Origin: Chlorokybus atmophyticus
Taxonomy: Eukaryota > Plantae > Mesostigma and Chlorokybus algae
Length of the DNA: 64,000 nucleotides
Assembly (NCBI GenBank): GCA_009103225.1
Contig: RHPI01000385.1
Coordinates: 249,898-313,897, forward strand
Direction of reading: 5' to 3'
Made by a program: the position numbers and the translations under genes. The notes under the pieces were generated by a model, which had not been told where the DNA came from, made no database searches, and was given only the letters and a program-made list of their open reading frames with translations. How positions within the stretch are numbered: position 1 is the first letter of the stretch; the number at the start of each line of letters is the position of its first letter. This document shows positions 26,335-42,835 of this stretch, one piece after another.

Positions 26335-29300
26335 ATGGGGCCGCATGCTGGTGGCGGTGGTGGCCAGCAGCAGGCTGCGGCTGCAGCCTCAGCTGCTGCC
26401 AACAGCAGCAGGCTGGACGGGAGAGAGCCGCCTTGCGAGTCACCCTCTGCCGCAGCTGCCACTCCGGCAGGAGGTCAAGGCGTAGTGAAGACGCCCAAGC
26501 GGAAGCGGCCTTCCTGTAGCACCCCGCACAGCGCCAAGGAAAATGCCTCAGTACGCTTACTTATTAGTATTTTTGCTCTTTCGCTGACCTCAGAGTTAAG
26601 CCTCACATATCACTTTGAATCTAGCAAGCACTTTTGGACGTGCTTGCAAGGGCTCAACTTACAAGGTCCTCAATGTGAAGGTGGTGAACATGCAAATCCA
26701 ATTGTAATCTGTTAATTTGGCAGGGTCGGTCATGGCTCACAACACTCCTGCGCCACAAACGAGCTCACTTGCACTGCTCCGATCGCCGCTTTCGTCCAGG
26801 TTGGCACGGGGGGGATGTGTGTTGCAAACTTGCATCACAGGCTTGTCCCTAAACCTTTCAATGAAGCATGGCATGCTGTTTTGCAGGCACGTTCACAATG
26901 GATGCAGCTCCAGAGATTACACCTTCGCTTGTACTCAACCTATTCCCGCACGGCTTCACACTGTGTCCATACCAACCCAATGTACGCATCGCACCAACCA
27001 GCCTCCATTTTCGTAGCACTGTCTTGGCAATCACTGACCGCCAACAATGTTTCCAGTTTGTCCCTGTTGACGCACTAGTGGCAGCTTCTGCACCTCATCC
27101 GTACGACCGTTCCAGCTTCAACCTTCTTAAGGTCCTGTTTGCATGGGATAGTTGCTGGGTTTCTTGTCACTTTGGGACGCAGCTCTGTGCATGCTGATAC
27201 AGCCATATGAAAGCAGGCCATAGACAATGACTGGCTACCAGCCGACTTGCTGGATGACATCCCAGGGCTGCGTTACATTGACGGATGCGTTGTGCTGGAG
27301 TTGCGTGATTACCGATCCATTGTGCCTACAGCTTCAGCTTCCACGACCCCAGTGGACTCAGTTGAAGACCCTTGGGGTTCCAAGCGCTCAGCAACGCCCG
27401 TTGTGCACCGCTTGCTGCTGCGGCCGTCCATGGCGTCCATCGTGGCAGATCTTGATATGCTCGCCCCGCCAGACATGTCCTATGAAGACCGTCTTGTGAG
27501 CGCATTCTTTGTTGCTGATGATTTGTGTGCTTACCATGCCCTGACTGCTGTTGGCACTCAATAAACACTCCCTCGTGATAGAAAGCGGAGGCTCTCATGA
27601 TCAAGGCTGTACAGCAACCATTATGCCTCGATGCATCACCGGAAGTTGCCCGCATTGCTGCAAGCGCACACTATAACAAGGTATGGCTCTTTCTTGCTTT
27701 TATTGTTCTCAAGTGATGTTCAGCAGCACGCTCTATGTGCTGATGTTGTTGTGCTGCAGAACAAGTTGAATCATGGGATTAGGCAGTTGCGACGGTTTGC
27801 TTCAGCGCAAGTCCATCCTGCTGTGCGCACGCCATCCCTGCCACAGCAGCCTCTCCCACCCCCGCAAGCTCCGTCACCGGTTGCTCCAAACCTGCCACCT
27901 CCCACTATGGACGTAGCATCATCACCAGGACCTGGTGACGATACACTGGGCAGGTGCGTATTGTGTGGCTTGCTTTGTCTTGCAAGTCTTGAAGTTTGGG
28001 TGGCTTGTTATAAGGGTAAGCTTGGCCACTCTCCGTAGATGTGGGACGCCTGCGTCTTCTACGCTGCTGGCATCCACACTGATGCCTCCACCACCTCCGT
28101 GCGCACCTCGCACGCCCGCAAGCCCAATCACTGCACCCGCAGACAACACCATGCCATTGGACTTGGCTGCAGAGTCCTCTATGGTTGGTGCTGATCCCGA
28201 TGAGGAGCTAGCAATGATATGCGACTTCTTCGATTTTGATGCGCCTAGCCCGTCCACGAATGCCCATGTAGATCATTACTTGCAAGCGGCTGTACCAGCA
28301 TCGCCGTCAATTGTGGCTGACAAACAGGGTCACTCAATGCCAAAGGCAGCAAGCACGCCACAACTGCAGCCACTGGTAAAGTCCTGCACGCCACAACTGA
28401 GGCATGCTGCATGCCTTGGAGTCGTAAAACAACCTTCTTGTTTGCATCTCAGACTCCTTCACTGGTACTTCCTGCCTCACCACTTCCTCCACCAGCGTCT
28501 CCATCCATTCAGCCTCCATCTCCTGCACTCCCTGGCCCGCTCTCGCCACCACCATCACTGCCAAGCCACCTTGTACAGCCCCGATTCCCGCAGCAGCCCT
28601 GGCGCCCCGCCATGCATCCTCAGCAGTCTGCTCAGCAAATTCAGCAGCAGGCCCCACAAGTGCAACCCACTACAGCACAGCAGCTGCTGCATCAGGTGCA
28701 TTGCATTGTCCGCGTGGTTGCTAGCGAAGAAAACAGAGTCTTACAGGTGTCTGTTTTGCAGAGGCAGCAGCAGTTGCTGCTGCAACACCAGGGGTCTGGA
28801 CCTCTGTCTCCATCACTGCCTGGTTCTCCATCCACTCGCAAGCAACAGCAGCCAAAACCCAAAGCACCCATACCGCTTGCACGCCATCCCTCGGCGTTTC
28901 CCCCGGAGGGCAGTCTGGTGCGTAGTTACAAGCCAGTGTTTCGCTTGTGCATGTCCTGTGCAGTTGATGATGATGTCAGTCGCAGGGTACTCGGTTCTGA
29001 TAACGTCTGGTAACATCTGACATCAGTTTGTCAACGTGCAGGCCCTGGCGAGGAGTCTAATGCCTGGGCCCAGGCCAGCCAACCTGTATGAAGAGGATGT
29101 CCTGCAACGCTGCAAGCTCATATCTGACTTGGCAGCAAGGTGTGTTCTGTCAGCGACAGTTGGCAGACCTTGATAGTTCCCAACGTGCTTTCACATGTTG
29201 CAGTTGGTGGATACATGCATACAACATAGTGAGTGTTAATCTGCTGTTTCAGGTATAAGGTGCACGAGCGGAGGGTGTCGCGTCCACTCCCTCCGGTTCG

Positions 29301-30965
29301 AGCTCAACAGCACACTCCTTCCACTGGCGAGGTGCATGTTGACATCATTGCTATGCTGTTAGCTTGTTTGGACTGCGCTAACCATGCTGTCCGCAGGCTG
29401 CGGAAGCCCTGGCAGACGCTGCGTCTACCGCTGCCAAGCAGAGCAAACCACGTGTTGTACAGTTCCGTGCCCAACAGCCACCCATACCAGGGCGTGGAGG
29501 CCCTCGCAGTCGGGTAGCGCTGTTTGTGCGCGCTCGCCCGCAGGACCCTATCATCGATGTCATTCTGCATGTCAGTGATGGAACAGACAGTGGCGACATT
29601 GCTGCTCAGAATGGCAACCGAGCGCAGAGACAGTTTCTGCTTCCTGCTTTGCATTCCACAGCAATTGCACATGAGTACGTGTCCCAGTTTATGCGCAGCT
29701 GCGAAAAAGAGGGCATGGATCTGGTGGATGACAGTGCTGCCGCCGAACGTGTTGCCTCAAAGCCTTCTTCGGATACCCTTGACAATCTGCAACCACAGCA
29801 GCTACCGCCTGTTGTGGTAGCAGCCACGCAGCAAGCGCTCGCAGCGCAGCAGGCTCTAAGTATGCAAGCATCAGCCAGGGCAGCAGCGCAGGGGAGCGGA
29901 CGCACGCCGTCAGGGCTGATGCCAAACCTAGCCAACATGCCTGGTAGGTTGTGCAGCTGCATTCCATTGTGGATATGCAAGTCATGTGAGTTTGTCTCAT
30001 CTTCGTGTTGCCCAGGCGTTAAGCATGTACAGATGCTCACAGCCATCAAAGGCATGCAGCCACCACAGCTTCCGCAGCAGTCACAGCAGCAGCAGCAACA
30101 GTTGCAGCGTCAGACATCATTGCCGGGACAGGTGGGATGTTGGAAGGCCGCAGAGTGCTTCGGTGCTTAGCAATATGTGTTTCGGTCCTCACATGCCAGC
30201 GTTGCAGATGCCCACATCGGCGCAGGCAAAGAAGTTGGCCCAGTCGCAGCCTAGCATGCTGCAACGTGCGCAGACGGCTTTGCCGCAGCCGCAGCCACCG
30301 CAAAGGCCGATGACTCCGCAGCAACTGGCTACAGCTGCAGCGGGTGCACAGCATGTCGCTGCAGCGGCGACAAAAGCTACGCAACGAAAGGCCGTTGCGG
30401 TAGATGCCGCCGTCCATGCCCCGCAAGTGGCTGCGGCCCTCAGCATGCAACAGCAGTTCCTTCGTGGAGGCACTGCTGCTGGACCTCTCTCGGCCATGCC
30501 ACGCGCAGCCGGCTGGCCCATCAACCCACCCAATTTCACTCCTGCACAGGTACACAACATTTTTGCCCGCGTGTGTGTCAATTCAGATGTGTCATATTGC
30601 TGCTCAGCGGGTAGCACAGCAGTTGTGCTGCTTGGGGCGGCTGCAAGGCATGACGATGTTCATCAATTATGCAGGCACAACTGATTGCAGCACGTAATGC
30701 CAGCCTACAGCAGCAACAGCAACAGCAGCAGATGCAGCAGCAGCAACAGCAGGCGCAAGGGTCGCCATCTCTACTGTCACAGCAGTTGAGCATGCAGCCA
30801 GGATTGGTGCTTCCTATCAAAGTCCCGCCGCAACCGCAGCAGCAGAGACCCATCACGACTTCAGCATTCCCCATACCTGCTGGCGTGCGCCCGCCTGCAA
30901 CTGCACAACCATCAAACGCTCCCGCGGGCAGGGGTCGTCCCAACCCGGGTGCACCATCTAGGTAG
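26335..30965 (+). CDS. SPT20: SAGA complex subunit Spt20 homolog (PHL-like) with long Q/P-rich tail, spliced
   Basis: PSLVLNLFPHGFTL; PYDRSSFNLLK; LLDDIPGLRYIDGCVVLELRDYR; VHRLLLRPSMASIVADL; MSYEDRL; IKAVQQPLCLDASPEV match the Spt20 core. TGTAA (chlorophyte polyA signal) at 31030-31034. Confidence 0.8.
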
Positions 30966-32127
30966 CTATCATTATTCGAAGCTTTGCACTTCTGGTCCAG
31001 CAATGGACTGAACTATTCCTGCGGCGACCTGTAACCTCGGTTTATGCTGCGCTGGCCTGTGCTGCTCTTCGGGTGTTGATCTTGGTAGCTATTCACGCAA
31101 CTCCTAGTCTTATGCAGTGCAATTAAACGTTGCAAGCGTAACACTGGTAGCATTGGTCGATGTTCATCGCATAGGTTTCTCATCTGCGGTAGTGTGCCTT
31201 CCCTTGTTTGCATGCGCTGCACACCTGATTGAAGGCCAGAGTGGTGTTGCCGGGTACTGCATGGTGGTGACTGACGGAAACACTTGCGAGGACATTGCAC
31301 TGGCAGAGAGCAGCAGTCATTAGGCGCTTGCCAATGCGGCAGCTGTCGCTCGGCACGTAGTAGCTATGGTTACAGCGAATGCCACATACTTTACAGATTG
31401 ACTGCCAGTTGAGCCAGCCCCCGGTCTACATCACTTGTTTGACTATGGCTGCACTGCTGCTGGGCACCAGCTGTATGTTGATCGCTGTTGATGGTACTGT
31501 TGCCGTCTCTGCCTGTTGACCAGCTGCTGGGTTGTGGGTTAGGAGGGGATGTGCAGACACAGTGTTAAGCAAAAATTTGCATAGCGGGTAGGGTGTTGCG
31601 TGGGCATGGAGTGCACTGGTATTGTGTCAGTGCATGTGCATTCCCTTGTGATCCTATGTGCTCGTAGAGTGGCTGGAGTGCTACTGGTCGTGTGCTGTGT
31701 GCAACATTCTGCACAAGGTGAAGAGAAAGTGCTTGTGGATACTGTGAGGCGCTGTTCGCAGTTCTGACTTCCCTTACCGAGTCAACTGGGTGGTTGTTGT
31801 CCTGTTTACCACAGTATTCATGTGCATGAAATTGTCTGCAGATATAGGGCACATATATTCGCATGTCAGAATCGTCTAACGTGCCTACAGGCTCTTGTAT
31901 GTATCTAATGAAGTGCTTAGTTCATGCACGACACGCTATGCCACACATGCAAAAGCACACATGGCAATCCACTGCAGTCCCACACGCACAGCCACCCACC
32001 CACCCAGAGCTTTATTCACCAGAGGGCTTAGCTAGGGGCCTAATGCTTCTAGCTAAGTGCAAGTGTATGGTTTATTCATTACCATTCTGCTGCGCAATTT
32101 GCTGAAGTGCATGTATACACTGCGTGG

Positions 32128-32144
32128 TTTAGGGTTAGGGTTAG
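32128..32144 (+). repeat. Short telomere-like motif TTTAGGG-TTAGGG-TTAG
   Basis: Direct reading of the sequence. Confidence 0.5.
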
Positions 32145-32650
32145 AAGCTGCCGGTACAGGCAAACTGCTGGAGACACTCTGCTGGGAATATGTTTAGGTC
32201 GCAAGTGATATTGTCATATGCCAGGGCAGCATGGTGGCAACGCGTGGCATGCCAAGCGGCGTTGCATTTGTTTGATATCCTAAGCATTGCAAGCACACCT
32301 CTCATCAAATGCCACGCGTCAAGTAAGCACCCACACAAAATTACACGACAAATGGCAAGTTGGATTATTCCGACACAAGGTCAACCCTGCCTTAGACAAC
32401 TGGTCACTTTACTTACTACCCCTAGACTACTTGTCCAACAACTACGCAGCACATGTACAGAGTCAATTGCTACAATTATACAACTACGCAGCGACTCATT
32501 ACAGCTTCAACAGTACAACACTTGCGACAGACAGCCAAGTGCGCACTGTCACACCCTAGCCCTAGCTAGCAACGCTATGCACTCTTCCTTCCATTTGTTA
32601 CACTGTTGCCCTGAATCTCTCTCACTCTCTCTCTCACACTCTCACTCTCT

Positions 32651-36429
<3,779 letters not shown>

Positions 36430-38751
36430 TCTGAAGTCAAGAAGTTGTAGGGTTAGTCTGTCTGTAGGCTCTTGACTGCATGCGTGCATGCTTCTTGCTT
36501 GCGATGAGGTTCATGTAAACAGTTACAGCTGACGGTCAGCAGCAACCTTGCATGCATTGGTTGCGCATGTGTGGCACAGCCCATTGAATACATGCATATG
36601 CACTGCATGCATATGCAGCAGAGGCGGACTCACCTGCCTTGGAAGGAGGAGAGCCAGCCCAGCACAGGAGTTTACCACTGTCAGTGTGAGAAGACTGATT
36701 GACGCTGCACGAGAAGACTTCAACGAACGGTACCAGCCACGGGCTGCCACCCCTACTTTATACCTACCTAGTAGGCTGGTCATGTGACTACAACAACTAC
36801 AGCAAGGCGGCATGCCCCAACTCAACTGCACCGATTGAGGTGCGGAAAGGTTCCTGCCTTCCGTACGTTGTGCCGAGTCGGCAGCTGGACATTCCCATCA
36901 TGTCTCTTGCTGTGGGTTGGACATGGGCAATCGTGGCTGATTGCGAGCATCAGACAGGCTTATGAGTGTGATGTGCCTCAAGTGATTGGGTGCTAGTGAT
37001 GCTCGTGCGTACAGATTGGTGACGTGATACTGGTACCAGAGGACACCAGGAGACGTGTCAACAGCTGGAACCGTACGAGGAAGGAAGAACGCACGAACAA
37101 CATCGGTACACCAGGCAATGAGTGATGGGTACTGGTGACGTGATACCCGTGCTAGAGGACAGCACGAGACTCAACCAGGTGACACCATACGAGGAAGTAG
37201 AAAGGTGAACAGTCACACATGAAGGAGAAGTTCTGCTGCACGTGTGACTGTTGGAGAAATGCGGACACAGCAGCAGATGCTCTTTGAGAAGCCGCAGTGC
37301 AACCTCCCAAAAAAAATCTTGCGCCCGTCCTCTTCGCACTCGGTGTATTGGGTTGCTGAGGGTATATGGCCCACACGCGAACCATCCTCTGGAAGAGGAT
37401 GGTTGAGATGTTCTTTGTGGGATACCAATGCAGATATCCTTGCAAAGCTGACCTTGCATGATTGCAATCATGCAAGGTCAGCTCTCAGCTTCAAGTCCGA
37501 AGTTGGTGACCCAACAGGCTGGTGAATCCACACTGTGACGGTTGGTGGCGCTCACAGCAGGCACGCTGGTGGTTTCAAACAGTATATTTCAGATAGTATA
37601 TTCAGCCGCCAAATGTCCTGAGCATGCTGTACACAGCGCGCAGTGAATCGTTCACAGACACAAAGGCTTGGTGGTGTTGGGCCATTAATTGAGCGGAATC
37701 GCTTACAAAGGTCCTCCCCTTGATCAGTTGCTTGCCATGCAGGGAGTGTTGCCTACTTCAGGCAAACCCTCCTGAATCTGAAGCTGAAGTTTGTGACTGT
37801 AGTTTGAACTTGCCTGCTATGCACATGTGCATAGGTAGCAGCACCTAGCAGGTAAGCAGACAAGCAGCCGATTCTGTGTGTACACACAGAATCCGCTGCA
37901 TGCAAGGCATGTGTTGCACAATCGCCTGGCCTGGGGCCCTAGTTCCAGACATACACATGCAATCGGTTGATAGATCTACAGGGCAACACCATCCATCAAG
38001 CAGCTTCGCAGAACACAGGGAATCTGACAGTTACCAACCAAACGCTTCCTGCACACTAGGCTGCTGTGCTAGAGTTGAAAAGCGCTTGCAGTTTTTTGCC
38101 CGAGGAAGGAGAGAGTGCGTACAAGCGAGCAGGCATGCACGACACCGTGAATGCAGCGTCCAGTACTACAAGCTGCGCTACTACAAAGCACAGCACAACC
38201 ACGAGCAATGGACGCGTCTTCACCACCGCCACCATCGCCTATCAGTGCTTGTGCGCGCCGCATACAGCGCGCCATACACAGCGCGCTGCATCCTCGACAG
38301 CAAGCTGTACACATGCTGGCCGTGCTCGGCGGGCACTGCTCGCAACACGGACCACCATCAGCCGTACTCCTGTTCGCGACCTCGCAGGGAGATCACCACG
38401 GACGCAGCGTGTTCACGTTGTACGACAGGGTCACGTCGTACACTACACCCTGCACAGCAAGTCAGACGCTGCTTGAAGGCGCCTGTAACTAAAGAAACCT
38501 CGGCCGCTTTGCTTGTGCAACACGGCCGAGGAGACCTAAGATCCAGACATAAGAACTTTGCGGCGCACCGAAAACGTAACGCTGATACCGTGCTGGTATC
38601 TTGTCAATATCTCAAATACCGCATCTCGCAGCCACGCTTTTTGGCGATCAGACTCGATCAGATGGCAGACCAGATTGCATCTCGATGATGTGCTTTGCTT
38701 GTGTTGTAGCAGCCTGCTATAAGCAAGCTAGTTTTGTGCACTTGCTGTGGG

Positions 38752-40248
38752 TATGCAACGTAGTCATCCCACAAACATGCTCATATGCAAGTAGTTAGCA
38801 CACAATACTAAACCACCAACACATTATTACACTTGGGGCCTTTATGAACTATCCCACACCATACCGAGTGCTTTATGTGCAATGTAATGCAAGTGTTAAG
38901 CAGCACGAGGAAGCAGCAACAGCCGATCCACGACTTAACCAACGTGGTTAAGTCGTGGATCGGCTGTAGCTGCTTCCTGTGAAGCGTAAATCATTTATGA
39001 TATCCATACTAGGAGGCGAAGACGAGAAGCGGTAGTGGCGCGCAGCTATGAAGCAACAAATGGCAAGACAAGTGCGATGATGTGCAGTGATGTGCTGCGT
39101 GCTTTGCCGCCCAAGCTATATACCGCCCCGCCCCTTTTTCGCCACGCCTCTAGTCTAATTGTTTTTGCAGCGGTGGTTAGGGTTTCCATCGCGCGCCTCA
39201 TAGCAGTAGTGAGTCAGTCGTGACAAGTCGACGCTCGGAGTACGGCACGCGATGCGTTAAGTCAACACGAAATAAATGATAATCTCAATAACACTGCATG
39301 AGGGCAGACCAGCTGCTCCCCTCACGTATATACTTACCTGTGCTTGCATGTGTTGCCGTAGATGCTACCTCTGTGATAGTGGTTGTTGTAGATGTTGTCG
39401 CATGCTTGAATCACTCCGTGTACGCCGCAGCTTGTTGACAACAGGGAGGTGTAGTGTCGCCTCTCAGCTACTACGTGTATGCAACTATATGCTCTACATG
39501 TCGGCCCCTGGGGCGTTTACAACATACAGCATACAAGCAACAAATCAACACGCTAATGCTCACTACATGCAAAAAAAAAAAAAGCAGACACAGTTCATGC
39601 TGTCTAAGATACATGTATCGTAGACAGGCACCCGACAATGAGAGGTAGATGTTTTGGTTTAGATTAGCACCCTCCCGACCTCATACACCAGAATCCAGGG
39701 CTAAATGCATAGGCTATGCATCGTAGTCATCCCATAAACATGCATATATGCAAGTATACTAGAATAAACCACCGACACCAACACATATATTACACCTTCA
39801 TCACCTATCCTACACCACAATTATTGCACCCGGGGCCTTCATCACCTATTCTACACCATACTAAGATCCTTATGTGCAATGCAATGCAAGTGTCGAGTAG
39901 CACGAGGAAACAGCAATAACCAATCCACGACTTAACCAACCTGTGAAGCACAGGGAGTAGGTGAAGGTGTAAGCAGTAGTGGCGCGCAGCTAGGAAGCAA
40001 CGAATGGCAAGACAAGTTCAATGATGCGCAGTGATGTGCTGCGTGCTCTGCCGCCCAAGCTACATGCTGCCCCGCCCCTTCCCCGTCATGCCTCCAGTCT
40101 AATCGTGTTCTGATGGAGGTGGTTAGGGTTTTTATCGCGCGCCTTACGGCAGTTGTGAGTAGCCGTGAAAAGTCGACGTGCAGAGTACAGCACGCGACAC
40201 ATCAGGTAAACACGAAACAAATGATAATTATATCAATAACTATGCATG
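38752..40248 (+). repeat. Diverged direct duplication of ~0.53 kb (38752-39300 and 39715-40248)
   Basis: Shared blocks in the same order, e.g. cgtagtcatccca.aaacatgc, tagtggcgcgcagcta.gaagcaac.aatggcaagacaagt, gatgtgctgcgtgct.tgccgcccaagcta, aaatgataat. Confidence 0.85.
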
Positions 40249-40314
40249 CTGATGGGAATGGCTCATGTAACATAACTGTTGCTGATGGCAAGGTTTATGG
40301 TAGTTTTGTATCAA

Positions 40315-40952
40315 TGCGGCCAGCGGCCGCTATAGCCAGAGGATCTTCGGCTCTGTCAGCTGCCACGGCAGCAGCGGCGGTGTGGTCGGCGTGGCTGGTG
40401 GTGGTGTTGGGGTAGGGTGTTTAAGGGAGGAGGTGCACTCCCCTCTTGACATGCGCATTACGTGTGCGTATCACGTAATAAGAATGCAATCTTACTTGTA
40501 TACATATGCGTGTCCTTGATGATGAAGTTCAGCAATAGAGCGAAAAGCATCGGCTATCGTATGGGGTTATTTGAGAGCTATTTGACGTGCGATATTATAT
40601 ATATCAATTGCAACTTTTTGACTTCATAGTGCATATAGCGGTGGCTTGAGCCACCGCTATATGCACTATATAATATCGCACGTCAAATAGCTCTCAAATA
40701 ACCCCATACGCTAGCCGATGCTTTTTGCTTATTGTTGAACTTCATCATCAAGGACACGCATCTGTATACAAGTAAGATTGCATTCTTATTACGTGATACG
40801 CACACGTAATGCGCATGTCAAGAGGGGAGTGCAGCTTCTCCCTTAAATACCCTACCCCAACACCACCACCACCAGCCACGCCGACCACACCGCTGCTGCT
40901 GTGGCAGCTGACAGAGCCGAAGATCCTCTGGCTATAGCGGCCGCTGGCCGCA
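40315..40952. repeat. ~640-bp near-perfect inverted repeat (foldback) with 2-nt loop
   Basis: Left arm 40315-40646 is the reverse complement of 40649-40952; centre ggtggct-tg-agccacc; ~24-nt bulge at ~40602-40625 and a few mismatches. Confidence 0.95.
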
Positions 40953-42230
40953 ATAGCAGCGCTGCTATGCGGCTAATATCGGCATGAGATTCATGTCTCA
41001 TGCCAATATCAGTGTTACAGATAAGTAACACTACATTAATGCCTTAACTACTAGGTCAACGGCCCTAATAAGGCTTAACTGGCTGTTTACTCGTTGGAGC
41101 CCTTATTTATCTTAGATAAGGGCGGGGAGCCTCTATGGAGGTAGCACTCCGTTACATTCCCCCCCACTTAGATTTCAATGTCCATTGAAGGGTTAGTAAA
41201 GCCCCACTACGAGCACTGAAATAAAAGCAGTTTGAGACCCAGGGCCGAAGCGGTAAGTATGTCTACCGGCACCCTTACCGTCCGCGTGTGGACACATCAC
41301 TCCAATACCCCAGAAGCATCTCTTGGCAGTTGGCAAGATTCTTTTTGGGCTATCATGTGTTGTGCTCAACATTATACCCTTTCCATTCCACTAGGTAAGA
41401 TGACGCGCGTCCGCGTTGAGGATTACGGTGACTCGGAATTGCTTCCACCTCATACTCAAAAGTATTGTCACCATCCACTGCAACGGGGGGTGGAGGAGGT
41501 TGAACCCGATGTCAGAACGGTACGGTTCAGTACACTCACATGAAACACATTGTGAATGCGTATTGACTTTGGCAAGTTTCAACGATACGCGTGAGTGCCG
41601 ACCTATCCATCACTACGAAAGAGCCTATCTAACGAGGAAAAACTTGCGGGTACCCACTCCCTTAATGGATATGTTGTTGGGACTCAGAAGTACTAAACAG
41701 CCCACATCGTAGTTGGCCTCTCTACCATGTGCATCAGCTTGGGCCTTTTGAAAGGAAATGAACAAAAACTTTAATGGCATACTTGGCAAGTACGTTATGG
41801 TTTACTTTACTTGGTAAACATCATTGTCTTTAGTAAAAGCAAGGAAAAGCATAAGCAGCATTGGGAAGCGGTGTCTGCCTTGCGGCGTACACATCGCTTA
41901 TTGGCCAATTTGGCAAAGTGTGACATTTGCAAGACGGGGTTGCCATTTTCAAAGCATATGTGAGCGGTGCGGGTGTTAAACCTGACCCTTGCAAAGTGCA
42001 AGTTGTACAGGATTGGCCTCAACCCAAGAATATCCATCAGCTGCGATTAGTCTTGGGATTGGTAAACTACTTTCGCAAGTTCATGATCGGGTACTCCACA
42101 ATAACAGTGCTTTTATGAAAACTGTTGCAAACTTGCCTGTGGACGGTTAAGCAAGAAACTGCTATGTAACAAGTGAAGCTAGCTTTCACTTCAGCTCCAA
42201 TGTTGGCATTGCCGAATTGGGACAAGCATC

Positions 42231-42835
42231 TGTCATGCCTATCGCCCAAGCATGCCAGCCTTCATCGGGCATGCCTACAGCGAGACCCTCGCCCGGCATA
42301 CCAGCATGGCAACCCGCGCGCGCCTCTGACCAGTAGCTAGGTCATGGCCCTAGAGTAGCTCGTGACCATAGCCTGCATAGGCACCGCGCGTAGCTGTTCA
42401 ATTGTGAGTTCCGTTATAAGTCCGGTTCTATATCGAGTGGGCATTTCCTGTGGAAATAGCCTCGATATGACCGTTAGCTTATGTTCTGGACAGTCATGAG
42501 TTGACTTGTATAAGTAGGCACAATGTTCACCGGATCAGCTGGTGACACTGTAAGTGAGAAAGCTAAGAGCTTGTGAAGCGACTTGAACTACGAACACACC
42601 GTCCTGGTTCCCAAGAATCCCCTCACCGTGTGAGAGCCTGTGCATGTTCTTGTGCACTGTGCTTGTCCTTGCTGTGAGCATTGTGTACTTGGTCGCGGTG
42701 TGCTTGTTGGCATCAGTCAGGGCATAGCATCCACGTGTTGCTTGCTCATTCACCTCACTTAACAGTGTAATTTCTCTCCCACTCACGCAAAGAACTGTGT
42801 AAACAGCACTACCTATAGTAGTGGCTTGTTAACTT
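42231..42835 (+). repeat. Terminal repeat A1 (605 bp)
   Basis: Matches 52503-53115 with ~4 substitutions and one ~8-bp indel by eye. Contains a stem-loop at 42430-42468 (atatcgag...atttcc-tgt-ggaaat...ctcgatat). Confidence 0.95.

Noticed and set aside
37876-38688. 270-aa ORF and overlapping ORFs
   Set aside because: No recognisable domain, Cys/Arg/His-rich non-coding-like composition, and no supported splice structure.
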